Assembly (NCBI GenBank): GCA_002269645.1
Contig: NIVC01001944.1
Coordinates: 62,001 to 126,000, forward strand
DNA from: Macrostomum lignano
Taxonomy: Eukaryota
DNA: 64,000 nucleotides
Direction: 5' to 3'
Shown here one piece after another: positions 30,536 through 42,898 of the stretch (position 1 is the first letter of the stretch; each line of letters begins with the position of its first letter). The notes under the pieces were generated by a model. It had not been told where the DNA came from, did not search any database, and saw only the letters and a list, made by a program, of their open reading frames with translations. Both the position numbers and the translations under genes were made by a program.

Positions 30536-33500
30536 CCCAGTGAAAAAAATGATATGGATTCCATGTGGATTTTTCATATGAAATCCATATGTGCATTTGT
30601 CTCCGTCCATCCATGTGGAATCAAGATATGGATTCCACATGGAAGATCCACATGGAAGTAATTATGTATTTCACATAGAATCCACATTGTCATTGAGTAA
30701 GCAGCCATTATACTGGTTGCCATAATAAATTGTTGCATCCTAAATCTCAAAATAATACCAGATCTCAAAATTTCATACAAACCCCAGATCTCAATACCAT
30801 ATAAAAGAAACTGAAACACAGATAAAACATTAGCTATAGCCAAAAATATTTCTGCACAAAAATATATTCAAAAAGGATGTATCAATAAGTAAGGTGTATT
30901 TATGTACAGTAGTGAGTCACTAGCACACAAAGAATAAACACACTGATGTAGATATTGATATCTTTAAAGTTGCGCTGCGCATATGATATAATATATAATT
31001 TGAAATTGACATTGTCAATAGCATTAATTAATTAACAATAATATAATGCACCAGAATTAGAACAGTCAGAAACATGCTGCTGCCAATTGCCAGAATGCTG
31101 CTTCTTCAGGTCAGGTGAGCAACCTTAGAAAAGAAAGGGGTTAAATTACAGAATTTTATAACAGATTGATAACAGATTTTGTAATAGATTTTTATAGATT
31201 TTGATCTTATAACAGATTTTGATGACAGAAAAAAATCTGTTTATAACTAAAACTTACCATTACTTCACAAAAGGTAGCATTCGAGATATTAAATTCCAAT
31301 TCCAAGTAGCTTTGCATGCTTCTTCAAAGGCAAGACCAAGGTGACATCCAAGTTTAAGGATGGGCCATGTAATGTTAGGCATGCATGAAATAGAAAAATA
31401 ATTGTTGCCAATTAAGATTGATAGATAATATTGATATAATTCATAAAACTAATTTAAGGATGAATACTTAATAAAGTTTATTTTAAAATTAACTAGGCCT
31501 AAGTCTTAGGTTTATTTTTTTAGCGCGCATATGCCTTTAGTGTGCATATGCCTTCGCCAGGGGTTAGCGAAATGGGCAGCAATGCCTCCTCGCTGTTTCC
31601 AGATGCACAGAGCCCCCTGCAGCTAAGTCAAGTAAGTCAAGTGCATCCTAAATCTTAAAATTGTACCTTGAAAACTGAAATTAAAAAGTTGATACAGTTT
31701 AGGTGCGATCTCATTACCTATTTTTATGTTGAAGCCTTATTTGCATTGCCTTTATATAAGAAAAAAAAGAAACTACATTCTAAGCCTTAAAATCATAAAA
31801 CCCTAAAAGTGAGCATAGGGTATGATTTTGCACCTTGTCTCTAGCAAAAAAGAAAACCCTACCTAAGTCAATCAATAAAATAAAATTAATAAAATTAAAA
31901 TAATAAGTATAAAAATAATTAATATATGTTTCTATAAATTTAATTTTTTATTTTAAAATTGATTTTAGACTATAAAGTATTTAGGCAAAGCAATGCATGT
32001 TTTTCATATTTGCTGGCCTAGTATGATTAAAAGGGGGCCGTAGCCAAGTAGTAACGCAGCTGCTCTGGTGTGCCAGCGACCCAAGCTCGAATCCAAGTAC
32101 AGTCATATTAATTTGGAGCTGAATTGGAATCTCAGCTTGGCTCTCTGCTCATGCAATTAATGGCCTTGAGAGCCAACCCCCCAAGGCACAGTGAAGTATA
32201 CATGCCTAACGATAAATAAAGCTAGGGCTGCTGTACATTCCTGTATGAGTGTGCTTGCATACATATCCGCACACTTGTGTGCCTGCTTAGGGGAGTCGGC
32301 GGAATAGGCAGCAATGCCTCTTGCCAGTTGTATGCCTATGTCGCTTAAAGTGCGCCAGGGTGCACACAACCCCCCTGCCTCTAATAAAAAAATAGTATAA
32401 TTAAACATTAGGCCTAACCTAAGCCTAAATAGCTATGCCTTATGGCTTAAAATTAAATTCTGGACTTGGCCTAAATCAGATCAAATTTACAATAATCATT
32501 CTTTATTTTTAATAGCAACCTTAGGGATCTGCTAGGCTAGCTATGCCAAAAGCAAGTTGCAAGTGTAATTGCAAAGAATTATTTATTATAATTAATAATA
32601 TTGTTTTTAAAAATGCAACAAGTCCAAAAGATGCTAACAGACTTTTTTGAAGAAAATCATAAATTAATTGATTTTTAACATATTAACTAGATTGACTAGT
32701 CACAATTCACAAAGTCAAGCTAGTCCTAACCTTAATTAAAATAGAAGGACCTAAATTGATAGTTATAGCAGGCCTAGCTTAAAATACGCCTAATAAGCAT
32801 ACATATAAATAGATAGGACTAATAATAGGTAGGACTAAGAGGAAATTATGAACTTCTAAAGGTCTATTTAAGTTAAAAAAATGAGTAGCCAATCTATGGA
32901 CATGGCCATGGGATTTCTAGAAATTGGAGGCCTAGGCCTAAATAAATTTATCATGGATTTTACCAAAAGTATTAGGCCTATCTATGATAAAATACTGATT
33001 TATCTAATTTCTAATCTCATGGAGGCTATGGCCTGATAAGTTATTGCCTATAGGCTAGGTCTACTAAAATTTTTAAGGTGCTTAAATAGCCATAAACAAG
33101 GCAATTTATCTTTCAAGGCCTTGAACCAAAACATTGACGAATATAAAATAAAATTAATTTAATTTTAAAAAGCACGAAGCGTTTTTTATTGTTCACTTCT
33201 ATTTTGTCTATTTTAACAAACAGTGTCTTATTTGCCGATTATAATTTAGCTTTAAGATATTAATTTTAACTTAAAAACATATAAATGTAATAATTAATTA
33301 TAGTAATTTCCTAAAAATGTCTGAATATGGTGTATCACAGTTTTTTATCGAAGTGGATTCCATGTTGAATCAATATACGCTTATTTCTCATGAATTCCTT
33401 GTAAAATCCACATCAACATTAGGACAGTAAAAATAAAAAAATAATGCATAAAAAATACTTTGCATACCATTATGTCATCTTTAAGTTAATAATTTGCAAA

Positions 33501-33573
33501 AAATAAAGAAACATTTAAATTCCACATGGCCACGTGGAACCCACGTGGAATCCATGAATCATTTTTCACTGGG
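30536..33573. mobile_element. Non-autonomous CACTA/EnSpm-like TIR element, 2-bp TSD CT
   Basis: Ends CCCAGTGAAAAA...TTTTTCACTGGG, subterminal tggattccacatgg-type repeats at both ends, CT on both flanks. Confidence 0.7.
32033..32392 (+). mobile_element. Second full-length copy of the tRNA-derived SINE
   Basis: Colinear with 21432-21798 and more decayed. Confidence 0.85.
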
Positions 33574-34249
33574 CTGAGACCTCAGGGGGGTGGTCACCCG
33601 GTAGGGCCTGTAGGCTGTAAGGGTGGTCACCCTTTGAGGGCGAACCGCGAACTGGGCCTGGGCGATAACGAATCCTAACGATTTTGGAAAGCTTTTTTTT
33701 GATAATTTTTTCTGGGGGTGACCACCCAGCCGGGGGGGTGACCACCCAACCACCGCCCCCCCCCCCCAGCTGGAGGTCCTGCGCCGCCACTGGCTGCAGT
33801 GCGACAGGTGCTGCAACTGGGTACGTTCCATCTGTCTTGAAGTTGAGTTCTAGGAACGCCGATTCCTGAGGATGACTGACAAGATACAAAGAAAGCAAAA
33901 CGCATTTCTTCAAGTGCTTCAATGATGTCCCAGAAGAAGCACCGCACGCTTATTAGGCAAAAGAACTTCTACTGGTAGTTAGTGCCCTGGCTGTGGTACA
34001 CTGAAGTTGTTGAAGCTGTCAATGCTTCTGCTGCCGATACTGAAGCTTCTGTTGCTACGGATACTACGAGCGTAACATTGTGCACGTTGTGCTAGGAAGG
34101 TACGAAGGAGGGCCAGTGACGGAAGTAAAATTTCCTATCTTAATTACTACTGTCTGTCAGAGCATTCCCTGATATAAATTTGGTATTAAAGTGTGTTCAA
34201 ACTGCTCAAAACTTGATTTGAATTTCCAGTAGACCGGGGTGGGGAGATT

Positions 34250-34550
34250 CTCAGATTCTCATGAGCTGACTGAAAAGGAAGATTCCCCAGATTGGGTAGA
34301 CCGGAGGGAGATTCCCAGGTTCTCATGGGGAGACCAGGGAAGGAAAGATTCCCAGATTGGGTAGACCGGAGGGAGATTCCCAGGTTCTCATGGGGAGACC
34401 AGGGAAGGAAAGATTCCCAGATTAGGTAGACCGGGAGATTCCCAGGTTCTCATGGGGAGACCAGGGAAGGAAAGATTCCCAGATTAGGTAGACCGGGAGA
34501 TTCCCAGATCAGGGAGACCGAAAAAGAGATTTGCCAGAGAGGGATTCGCA
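34250..34550. repeat. Tandem ~60-bp repeat (gattcccag-rich)
   Basis: Repeated gggagattcccaggttctcatggggagaccagggaaggaaagattcccaga units. Confidence 0.8.
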
Positions 34551-35217
34551 GATTACCATAGGAGACGGTTCTGACGGCTAAAATGCGATCCAAATGAGTT
34601 CATTCCTCCTGCCCTTCCAGCACTGTTCGGCTGGCTGGCGAAGGCGGCAGCGGCAGAGTTGGCCCTGAGGCACCTGGACCCCGGCGACGCGGCCCCCATG
34701 CCAGCTGCGCAGCTGCGGAGCAGGCGGCAAAAGCATGGACGATGAGAAAGTGAAAACCGATCATCCGATTATAATAATGCATAATTATAATAATTATTAT
34801 TAGTACTGGAAAATCTTCAGTCTATTTTAACAATGATGATTAAATAACGCATGATTAGACATTAAAATCTACAGCAGGCTTACAGTAACACTCGCATTAG
34901 AAATGTAGCTAATTATATATTAATAACTCTCATTAATATAAGCCAAATAATAAATATGTGGCGCAGCCTTTTCAATATACATCGCATTTTACAATGAAGT
35001 GTTAGCGTTTATATTCTGTAGTGAACAGGCAGATTGGTAGCAAATTAATTGCTAAGAATCCGTAATTAACCACTACAGAAGGAAAGTTGTTCAATGTAAC
35101 TGACTCACCCTGTGAATTGCTATTTCATAACCCCACGTGAAGAGAAATATTTATGCTCAAATATCAACAAGAATTAAACTTAGCACCATGCAAAAAACTT
35201 TCACCCGATATTTTGTA

Positions 35218-35845
35218 TCTAGGGCTGGTTGAGCGGGTAGGGAATGAGTGTACATTGGGCTGGTTGAGCGGGTAGGGAATGAGTGTACATTGGGCTGGTT
35301 GAGCGGGTAGGGAATGAGTGTACATTGGGGTGGTTGAGTGGGTAGGGAATGAGTGTACATTGGGGTGGCTGAGTGGGTAGGGAATGAGTGAACATTGGGG
35401 TGGTTATGCAGTAGGGAATGAGTGTACATTGGGTGGTTGAGCGGGTAGGGAATGAGTGAACATTGGGGTGGTTGTGCGGTAGGGAATGAGTGTACATTGG
35501 GGTGGTTGAGTGGGTAGGGAATGAGTGAACATTGGGGTGGTTGTGCAGTAGGGAATGAGTGTACATTGGGGTGGCTGAGTGGGTAGGGAATGAGTGTACA
35601 TTGGGGTGGTTGTGCGGTAGGGAATGAATGAATATTGGTGTGGTTGTGCGGTAGGGAATGAGTCTACGAGTACATTGGGGTGGCTGAGTGGGTAGGGAAT
35701 GAGTGAACATTGGGGTGGTTGTGCGGTAGGGAATGGGTGTACATTGGGTGGTTGAGCGGGTAGGGAATGAGTGTACATTGGGGTGGTTGTGCGGTAGGGA
35801 ATGAGTGTACATTGGGGTGGTTGAGCGGGTAGGGAATGAGTGAAC
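35218..35845. repeat. ~32-bp minisatellite (ggtagggaatgagtgtacattggggtgg...)
   Basis: Tandem copies. Confidence 0.9.
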
Positions 35846-35985
35846 ATCGCGGCATTCAACTTGACCTTGAAATGTACCAAATTGAAGCTATTAAACGGAA
35901 ACCTCCAAAAAAATTCATCAAAATGGAGTGGCAAGCAGCAAGACGCAAGGCGGTCAAAGCGAGAGCCGATCAGTCGGCAGCGCAC

Positions 35986-38900
35986 TCAGATCTGCCCCAT
36001 CATGGTCAGCTGCTCGGACACCTGGAACTGCGCCTCCGTGCACTCCACCAGGTCCTGTACTGAAATACCTTCAGCAATCTCGGTGAGCACCAGACCCTGC
36101 TCCGGGTCCACGGTGAACACGGCCTTCTCGGTGATCAGCATGTCGACGCAGGCCTTTCCGGTGAGAGGCAGGCTGCACCTGTCCAGGATCTTCGCTTTAC
36201 CGTCCTGCGGGACCAGGGTAATTCATGAGGTTCCTGCACCATGCCATTGTTCCTTCATCCTATACAGCAGTAGTGAATGTGCATGCAATCAGCGCCCAGA
36301 GCTAACCCCCTCTCCATTTTCTTACTCTAAACTTACTGCTTTAGCGACCCCCACCCTAGTTGCACCTTTCCCACTGTTTCCATGCGCCGCGCTAATTGGC
36401 TAAGCCTTTAGTCTCGTCACCTCTGCCCCCATACTTTTGTCATTTTGTCTAGCTCACGCTTAGCTTTACACTGGCCTATTCTCGTTCGCTAGCAGTGCTA
36501 CCCCCTAACCCCCCCTTTTCATAGTTGTTTTTGCCTGCGCTGTGCCGATTCGTGCCGCACCTCCAACTGGTAAGCCTTCGACTTGGTGTTTGTCCTTAGT
36601 TAGGGTTAGGCACCCTAGAGGGAGTTGAAGCGTCGATCCGCCCAGTCCCCACTCGAATCTGCGTCGTTGAAGCGCCAAACGTACGCGGTTCGGTGGAATC
36701 GACCGTAGCCAGGATCAGTACGCGAACCCGGGTCTGTAAGGCAGCCTTAAGGATCGAGGCCTCTAGCCTCATCCATCACCCTTCTGATTGCCACCCTGTA
36801 CCCTCGAAGCTGCAGCACCGCCTTAAGTTGGACTTCTGCAACTCCACCTCCTGCACCCGCTGAAGCCTGAAGCGATCGAGCGGCGCAGCCTCACCTTGGC
36901 GCAGTGCTCCATAGTGACCACCACTTTGGTCCCTGGCGCCCCCACCAGGTCCATTGCGCCGCCCATGCCTTTGACCAGCTTTCCAGGAATCATCCAGTTG
37001 GCCAGGTCGCCAGTCTTTGACACCTGCATCGCGCCAAGCACCGTCAGGTCGATGTGGCCGCCGCGGATCATGGCGAAGCTGGACGCCGAGTCGAAGTAGG
37101 CAGCTCCTGGCAGCGCCGTCACCGTCTCCTTGCCAGCGTTGATTAGGTCCGGGTCCACCTGCTCGGCTGTGGGATACGGGCCCAGGCCGAGGAAGCCGTT
37201 CTCCGACTGCAGATGCACCTTCACGCCAGCGGGGATGAAGCTGGCGGCCAGCATCGGCATCCCGATACCCAGGTTCACGTACATGCCGTCCTTGAACTCC
37301 AGCGCCAGGCGGCGGATGATGCGCTCGCGCGACGACTCGCCGACCTCTGGGAGGATTTTTTATAGCTAGGGCTCTTGGGATTTATAATGGTGGGATTTTA
37401 GGATTTTAATGGTGGGATTTGGGAATCTCAATGGTTGGGATTTGGGAAACTTAATGGTGGGATTTGGGGATCTTAATGATGGGATTTGGTGACGGATGAT
37501 TTTAGGATTACTGAATGGCAATGCTCATGATTACTGAAGCGGAAGGTATACGAAAAGAGCATACAGGAAGATTCTCCCCACACTCACCGCTCCCGGCGGG
37601 CTCCGCTGCTTTGCGCAGAGTTCGCCGCTCAATTGGCTTCTCGTAGGCGGCGCCTCGCAGTAGCCGTTTGACGTAGATGCCGGGGATGTGCACCTGCTCT
37701 GGTGGGATTTCGCCTGTCTCCACGATCTCCTCAACCTCTGCGATGGTAACCTGCGTTGAAAGGGAAGGGGGCGTTGAATGCAAGTCTGCTATGGGGTTAA
37801 TGGGTTAGGTGCCCGATGTCTGAGGTGGAGATACCCATGAGAAAAGAGACGAAGGCATGAGAAAAGAGACAGATACCCATGAGAAGAGACAGATACCCAT
37901 GAGAAGAGACAGATACCCATGAGAAGAGACAGATACCCATGAGAAGAGACAGATACCCATGAGAAGAGACAGGTACCCATGAGAAGAGACAGATACCCAT
38001 GAGAAGAGACAGATGCCAATGAGAAAAGAGACAGATACCCATGAGAAGAGATAGATACCCATGAGAAAAGAGACAGATACCCATGAGAAAAGAGACAGAT
38101 GCCAATGAGAAAAGAGACAGATACCCATGAGAAGATACGGATACCCATAGATATGCAAGTTTCCGATTTCACCCGGCTGTTTCAACTTGCAACACACACG
38201 CAAGTCGCTATTGGACAAACCAGTTGTCACGTGACTGCCCTGTCACGTGACATGTGTTGCCAGTAGAAACGGCGGTCGATTTTAAAAGTTGCGTCTATAC
38301 CCACAGATAGCCATGAGGAAGTGGGTTAGCACAAGTCAAATACCCAGTGAGTCAGGTCACAGTTGAGTCACCTTTGCCGCGGTGCACATGGGCGCATTGA
38401 AGTTGTTGGCGGTCTTCCTGAACACCAGGTTGCCCGCTTTGTCGGCGCGCCAGGCCTTCACCAACGCGAAGTCGCCTGTGATGGCCCGCTCCAGCACGTA
38501 GTTCAGGCCATCGAATTGGCGGTCCTCGCGCTGGTCGCTGGCGATCAACACGGACTTGCCGGACTCGCCGTACTTGATGGGCGCGCCGCCCTCGTGGATC
38601 AGCGTGCCGTAGCCGGTGGGCGTGTAGAATGCGGGGATGCCGGCGCCTCCCGCCCGGATCCGCTCGGCCAGGGTGCCCTGCGGGGTGAGCTCCACCTGAG
38701 CGGGCGGGGGAATGAAGACTCGGCCATGTTCGAATCCCACTTTTGGGCATACGATAAGCAGACTTGCAGACAGAAGCAGACAGGCACAGAAGCAGATAGG
38801 CACAGAAGCAGACACAGCAGACAGGCACAGAAGCAGACACAGCAGACAGGCACAGAAGCAGACAGGCACAGAAGCAGACAGACACAGAAGCAAACAGGCA

Positions 38901-39291
38901 CATAAGCAGACACAGCAGACAGGCACAAAAGCAGCCTTACCTCCAGCTCGCCGCTGAGGTACTGCCTGGCGAACTCGGCATTCTCTCCCACATAGGAGGA
39001 CACCATCCTGCGGATCTGCCTGGACCGCAGCAGCCGGCCCAGCCCGAAGTCGTCAACGCCGGCATTGTTGCTGATCACCGTCAGGTCCTTGGCGCCGTGC
39101 CGGTGCAGGCCGTCGATGAGATTCTCAGGGATGCCGCAGAGCCCGAAGCCGCCAACGAGGATGCGAGCGCCATCTGGGATGTCCTTGACGGCCTCCAGCG
39201 GGTCGGTGAACAGCTTCGGGGAGCGCAGGGCGGCGCTGAGGCCGAGCCAGCGACGGCTGAGGACAGCTGAGCTGGTGAACTGGCTGGGACT
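35986..39291 (-). CDS. OXCT1: Succinyl-CoA:3-ketoacid CoA transferase (copy B; exons 39291-38941, 38695-38372, 37750-37588, 37346-36895, 36204-35986); first exon not located
   Basis: Five in-phase GT-AG exons covering both domains, including VNLGIG, catalytic [13 protein letters not shown] and LPLTG. Stop TGA at 35986-35988. Confidence 0.95.
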
Positions 39292-41280
39292 CTGCAGTGA
39301 ATGCAGTGGTTAAACCAGTCAGTCATGATATGATCTGATTCAACTCGTTCTGTACAATGTCAGGGTGGACAAGATCAGACAAAAGTATAGGGATTTCACT
39401 ACTGTCAGATGCATTTCGTTTCTATGGAGGTTTTTGATTCCAAAGTTAAGCTTCATTTCCATTTTGCTTCAGCCCAAATACATGCAGCTTACAACTGACC
39501 ACTGGGGCATGGCAAATAGGTGGTTTTAGGGTAGGGAGATTTCTCATGGGGATTGATATATCTACACAGAGTCTTTAGTAGTAGTATTATAGAGGCTTTA
39601 TTGAAGTTTAGGCACAATATAATTTTTTTATCTTTGACTTTTTAGATCATTTAGCCACACTCATGTGCAACATGCTTAGGCACAACCTAGGGATTCACCC
39701 AGCCATTTCTACTGGCAACATACACATGTAAGTGGCTATTGGCTGAGAGCAGTCACGTGACTACTATTCAGTTCATTTAGCAATTTACATGTGTGTTGCC
39801 AATAGAAATGGCTAGGTGATTCCCAAGATTGTGCATGTATGAATTATGCAACCCACTTATTTTACAACTACTATGCAATTTACTTTTTGACCAAAAAATG
39901 CAAATTATCTATAAATTAAATGCAAACAAAAATTCATGTGATTTTGGATAAATAGCAGGCGTAACTATGACTGTACATTTAAGGCTAAATACCATCTAAT
40001 TAGTGCTATATCTATATTTTCGGTAGGGGCAATTTTGCAACTTACTTTGGCTGAGCCATTTGCTAGCCAGCTAGGGATTAGCCTACTTAGCCAGGTGATG
40101 CATATGTATGTTAGTAACATATTGGAGAAACAAATTGACCTTATGCAATGCTCTCGATGCTTGTTTATTCCATATCAAATGCTTTTTTCATATAAAATTT
40201 TAAGATGAGCTCTTTCTATACCTTGTCCTAGAGTCAATGGAGTCAAGTTTTTGCCATGTAGTCTATAGGATAGATTAGAACCAAAACTGCATAGCTATTA
40301 ATGAATTGATCCAATGGCTCAAAGATAGCCAATTTATTATGAATGACCAGCTATTTTAGTGAATGACCAGCCACTATCTAGCATCTAAGTTTGCATATTA
40401 GGTGATAAGATATCATGTTAATAGGTCATAGCTCTGTTGGACTTGGATGCTTATCTGACAATTTAAGAGCTATCTGTTTAATTGACCATTTCCAAGTCAA
40501 CTCTACCAAATTAGTACCACTGATTTAAATCTCTCAAAGATTTCTAAATTTGAGACACTTAAGGTTGTGGTTATATAACATTAGTTGGTACTAACCTTTT
40601 AAATTTTTTTATTATAACTCTTAACTAGAACTAGATAAAAAGAAAATTAAAAAGCAAGCTTTTTAGTTGAAAATTTATCTTTAGTTTGACATATATGACA
40701 GGCTAAAATATCAAAATTGGTAAGGTTAAGGCCATAGTCAGGATGATGTACATTATGCCAGAAATTTCCGATGTACAATTGGTGAAAAAATGAGGCAAAA
40801 TATATTTGGCGTACCTTATGGCATGACGCCATGGCATAAATACGCCAAGCAGCGTATGCCAACTCCAACCTTCATGCCAAAGTTAATATTAACAATTGTT
40901 GGCATAATGCCGTAACCTCAGAATCTTATTATAAAATAATAAAAATCGTAAAACTCGTAAGATGAAAGTTCATAACTATTTGTGATTTATAAAAATTTTA
41001 AATTCCATGCAAACTAATCATGTTAATTTTCTATAAAAAACTTAAACAAAAATTTGATTTTTGTTGGCATTATCTGTAAGCCAATTTACTTTAAATGAAT
41101 AGCACAATTTGTTAAATTTTTATTGTTAAAAAATGTGTAACACGCAAAAAAAGGTCATTTATTATTGCAAAGCCTAGAAAACCTGGCGTAAGTTCCTAGG
41201 ACCTTGGCGTACGTTTCAGTATGAAGTGGCGTAGATTTTTTAGGGGACTTTTTATTCTGGCATATACTATGACATGATCC

Positions 41281-41843
41281 AGTAATCTTTCCTTACCTGA
41301 CCGTAAATTATTTTCTAATTTTTTTTGAATTTTTTATATTTAAAATGTAAATATTTTTACGGGCTTACGGTAAAAGCTAAAAGTCAGCATGGGTAAAAGT
41401 CAGCATAGGTAGTAGTGCCGGACCCAGTAAATGAAATTTTCAAAATGATGCTCTCCTCCCCAATGGCGCCTCCAGATAAACTCCTGGAGGTAAGTGTCAA
41501 AAAGTGCGCCCAACATGCTACGCATCCATCTTAGCTTGGCCTTGACATGACCCCACGTTCCCTTGATGTTCTGGGTGTGCACAGTTGGGTCCGCAGGGTT
41601 GACAAAGTTGAGGGAGTGGTTGACAGTGGCATGGTTTGGCAGCTGGTTGTACGTAGCCCACTGGTCAGTCAGGATGCGTGTGCCGGGTAGCACGTGCTGT
41701 TGAATTAGAGGCAGTAGAACGGCAGCTGACCGGGACTCGACTGTCATCATGACGAAGTTTCTTGAGTCACGCTCAATCATGCGAATATAAAAAATTCGAA
41801 AAAACTTAGAAAATAATTTACGGTCGGGTAAGGAAAGATTACC
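41281..41843 (-). mobile_element. Internally deleted Merlin (IS1595/ISXO2-like) transposon, ~58-bp TIRs, 8-bp TSD CATGATCC
   Basis: TIRs (a/g)gtaatctttccttacc...; TSD at 41273-41280 and 41844-41851. Contains LLPLIQQHVLPGTRILTDQW...HATVNHSLNFV...HTQNI...YLQEFIWRR. Confidence 0.9.
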
Positions 41844-42898
41844 CATGATCCTAACTATGGGGTTAAGGTAGGCCTAGCCTATTGATGAGCTTCATCAAAC
41901 ATTCTGTGAACTTTTGGGACTCTTAATAATGATAATGACTAACCAAATTAATTTGTTTAAAATTGTAAAATTAAGGTTTTAAGAAATGTGTTGAAATTTA
42001 TATTACAAATATTAACAACATTGTTATTGAATAATTTGACTTGTCAGAAATGATTTAAAAATTTAAAGCCTATAATATTTAAAGGTAGGTGCAAATCTAG
42101 AAAAATACTTTAGACAATACTATACCATTTAAAAAGTAAAATCATAATTTAAAAAATCTTTACATTAAGCCTAAAAAACAAAAAAATATACATGGCAAAT
42201 CTTGTACCCAGCTGAGATGGTGAGACCATGACTTCATTGAACTGCCACAAAACTACAACAGATGGCATGGCATAGCAAATCATAGCATTCATTATTCAGG
42301 CCTACTATGGGTTAGGGTCTGTCTTAGAATCTTGCAGTTGCAGGCCCATATTATTTAATAAACTTTACTTACCCATTGTAAGAAGAGCAAAGAAGTGCGT
42401 GCAGGTGCAGTAAACTTAAACATTATTTTTCGATGAAGGCCTTTCGAAAGAACCTTGATAATTTATTTAAATATAATTATATAATCAATGTAGGCCTAAA
42501 TAACTAATATTTATAAGTCCAACTTTGGACAACTGGTTCCAGCGTCCACGTGATACGTGTGGGATGTGGTGGATGGGGGTGTGGTTAAGGTCTATATGCA
42601 GTGCGTAACTTTTCAGATGATCATCCCGGTTTAATTAAGTTGTTACTAAAACAAAAGTAATACTTACACTTTTTTGTTTACAAAATCACAAAATATTAAC
42701 TGTATTCTTCAACTTTAATAAAAATATTAATGTGTTACTGATTGTTTTATTATTGACATAGCTTTAAAATGTTAGAGTCTCTTAGATTTTCAACTGCACT
42801 CAGTTCGTATATTTCATATCTGAGTTGCAATTAAATAATTGTCTTATTGTCTGCATCCATTCAGTCGTATTTTCTCAACGGAAAACTCTGACATAATA

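Noticed and set aside
36823-37345. Bacterial scoB-like gene or horizontal transfer
   Set aside because: It is one in-phase exon of the spliced eukaryotic SCOT gene.
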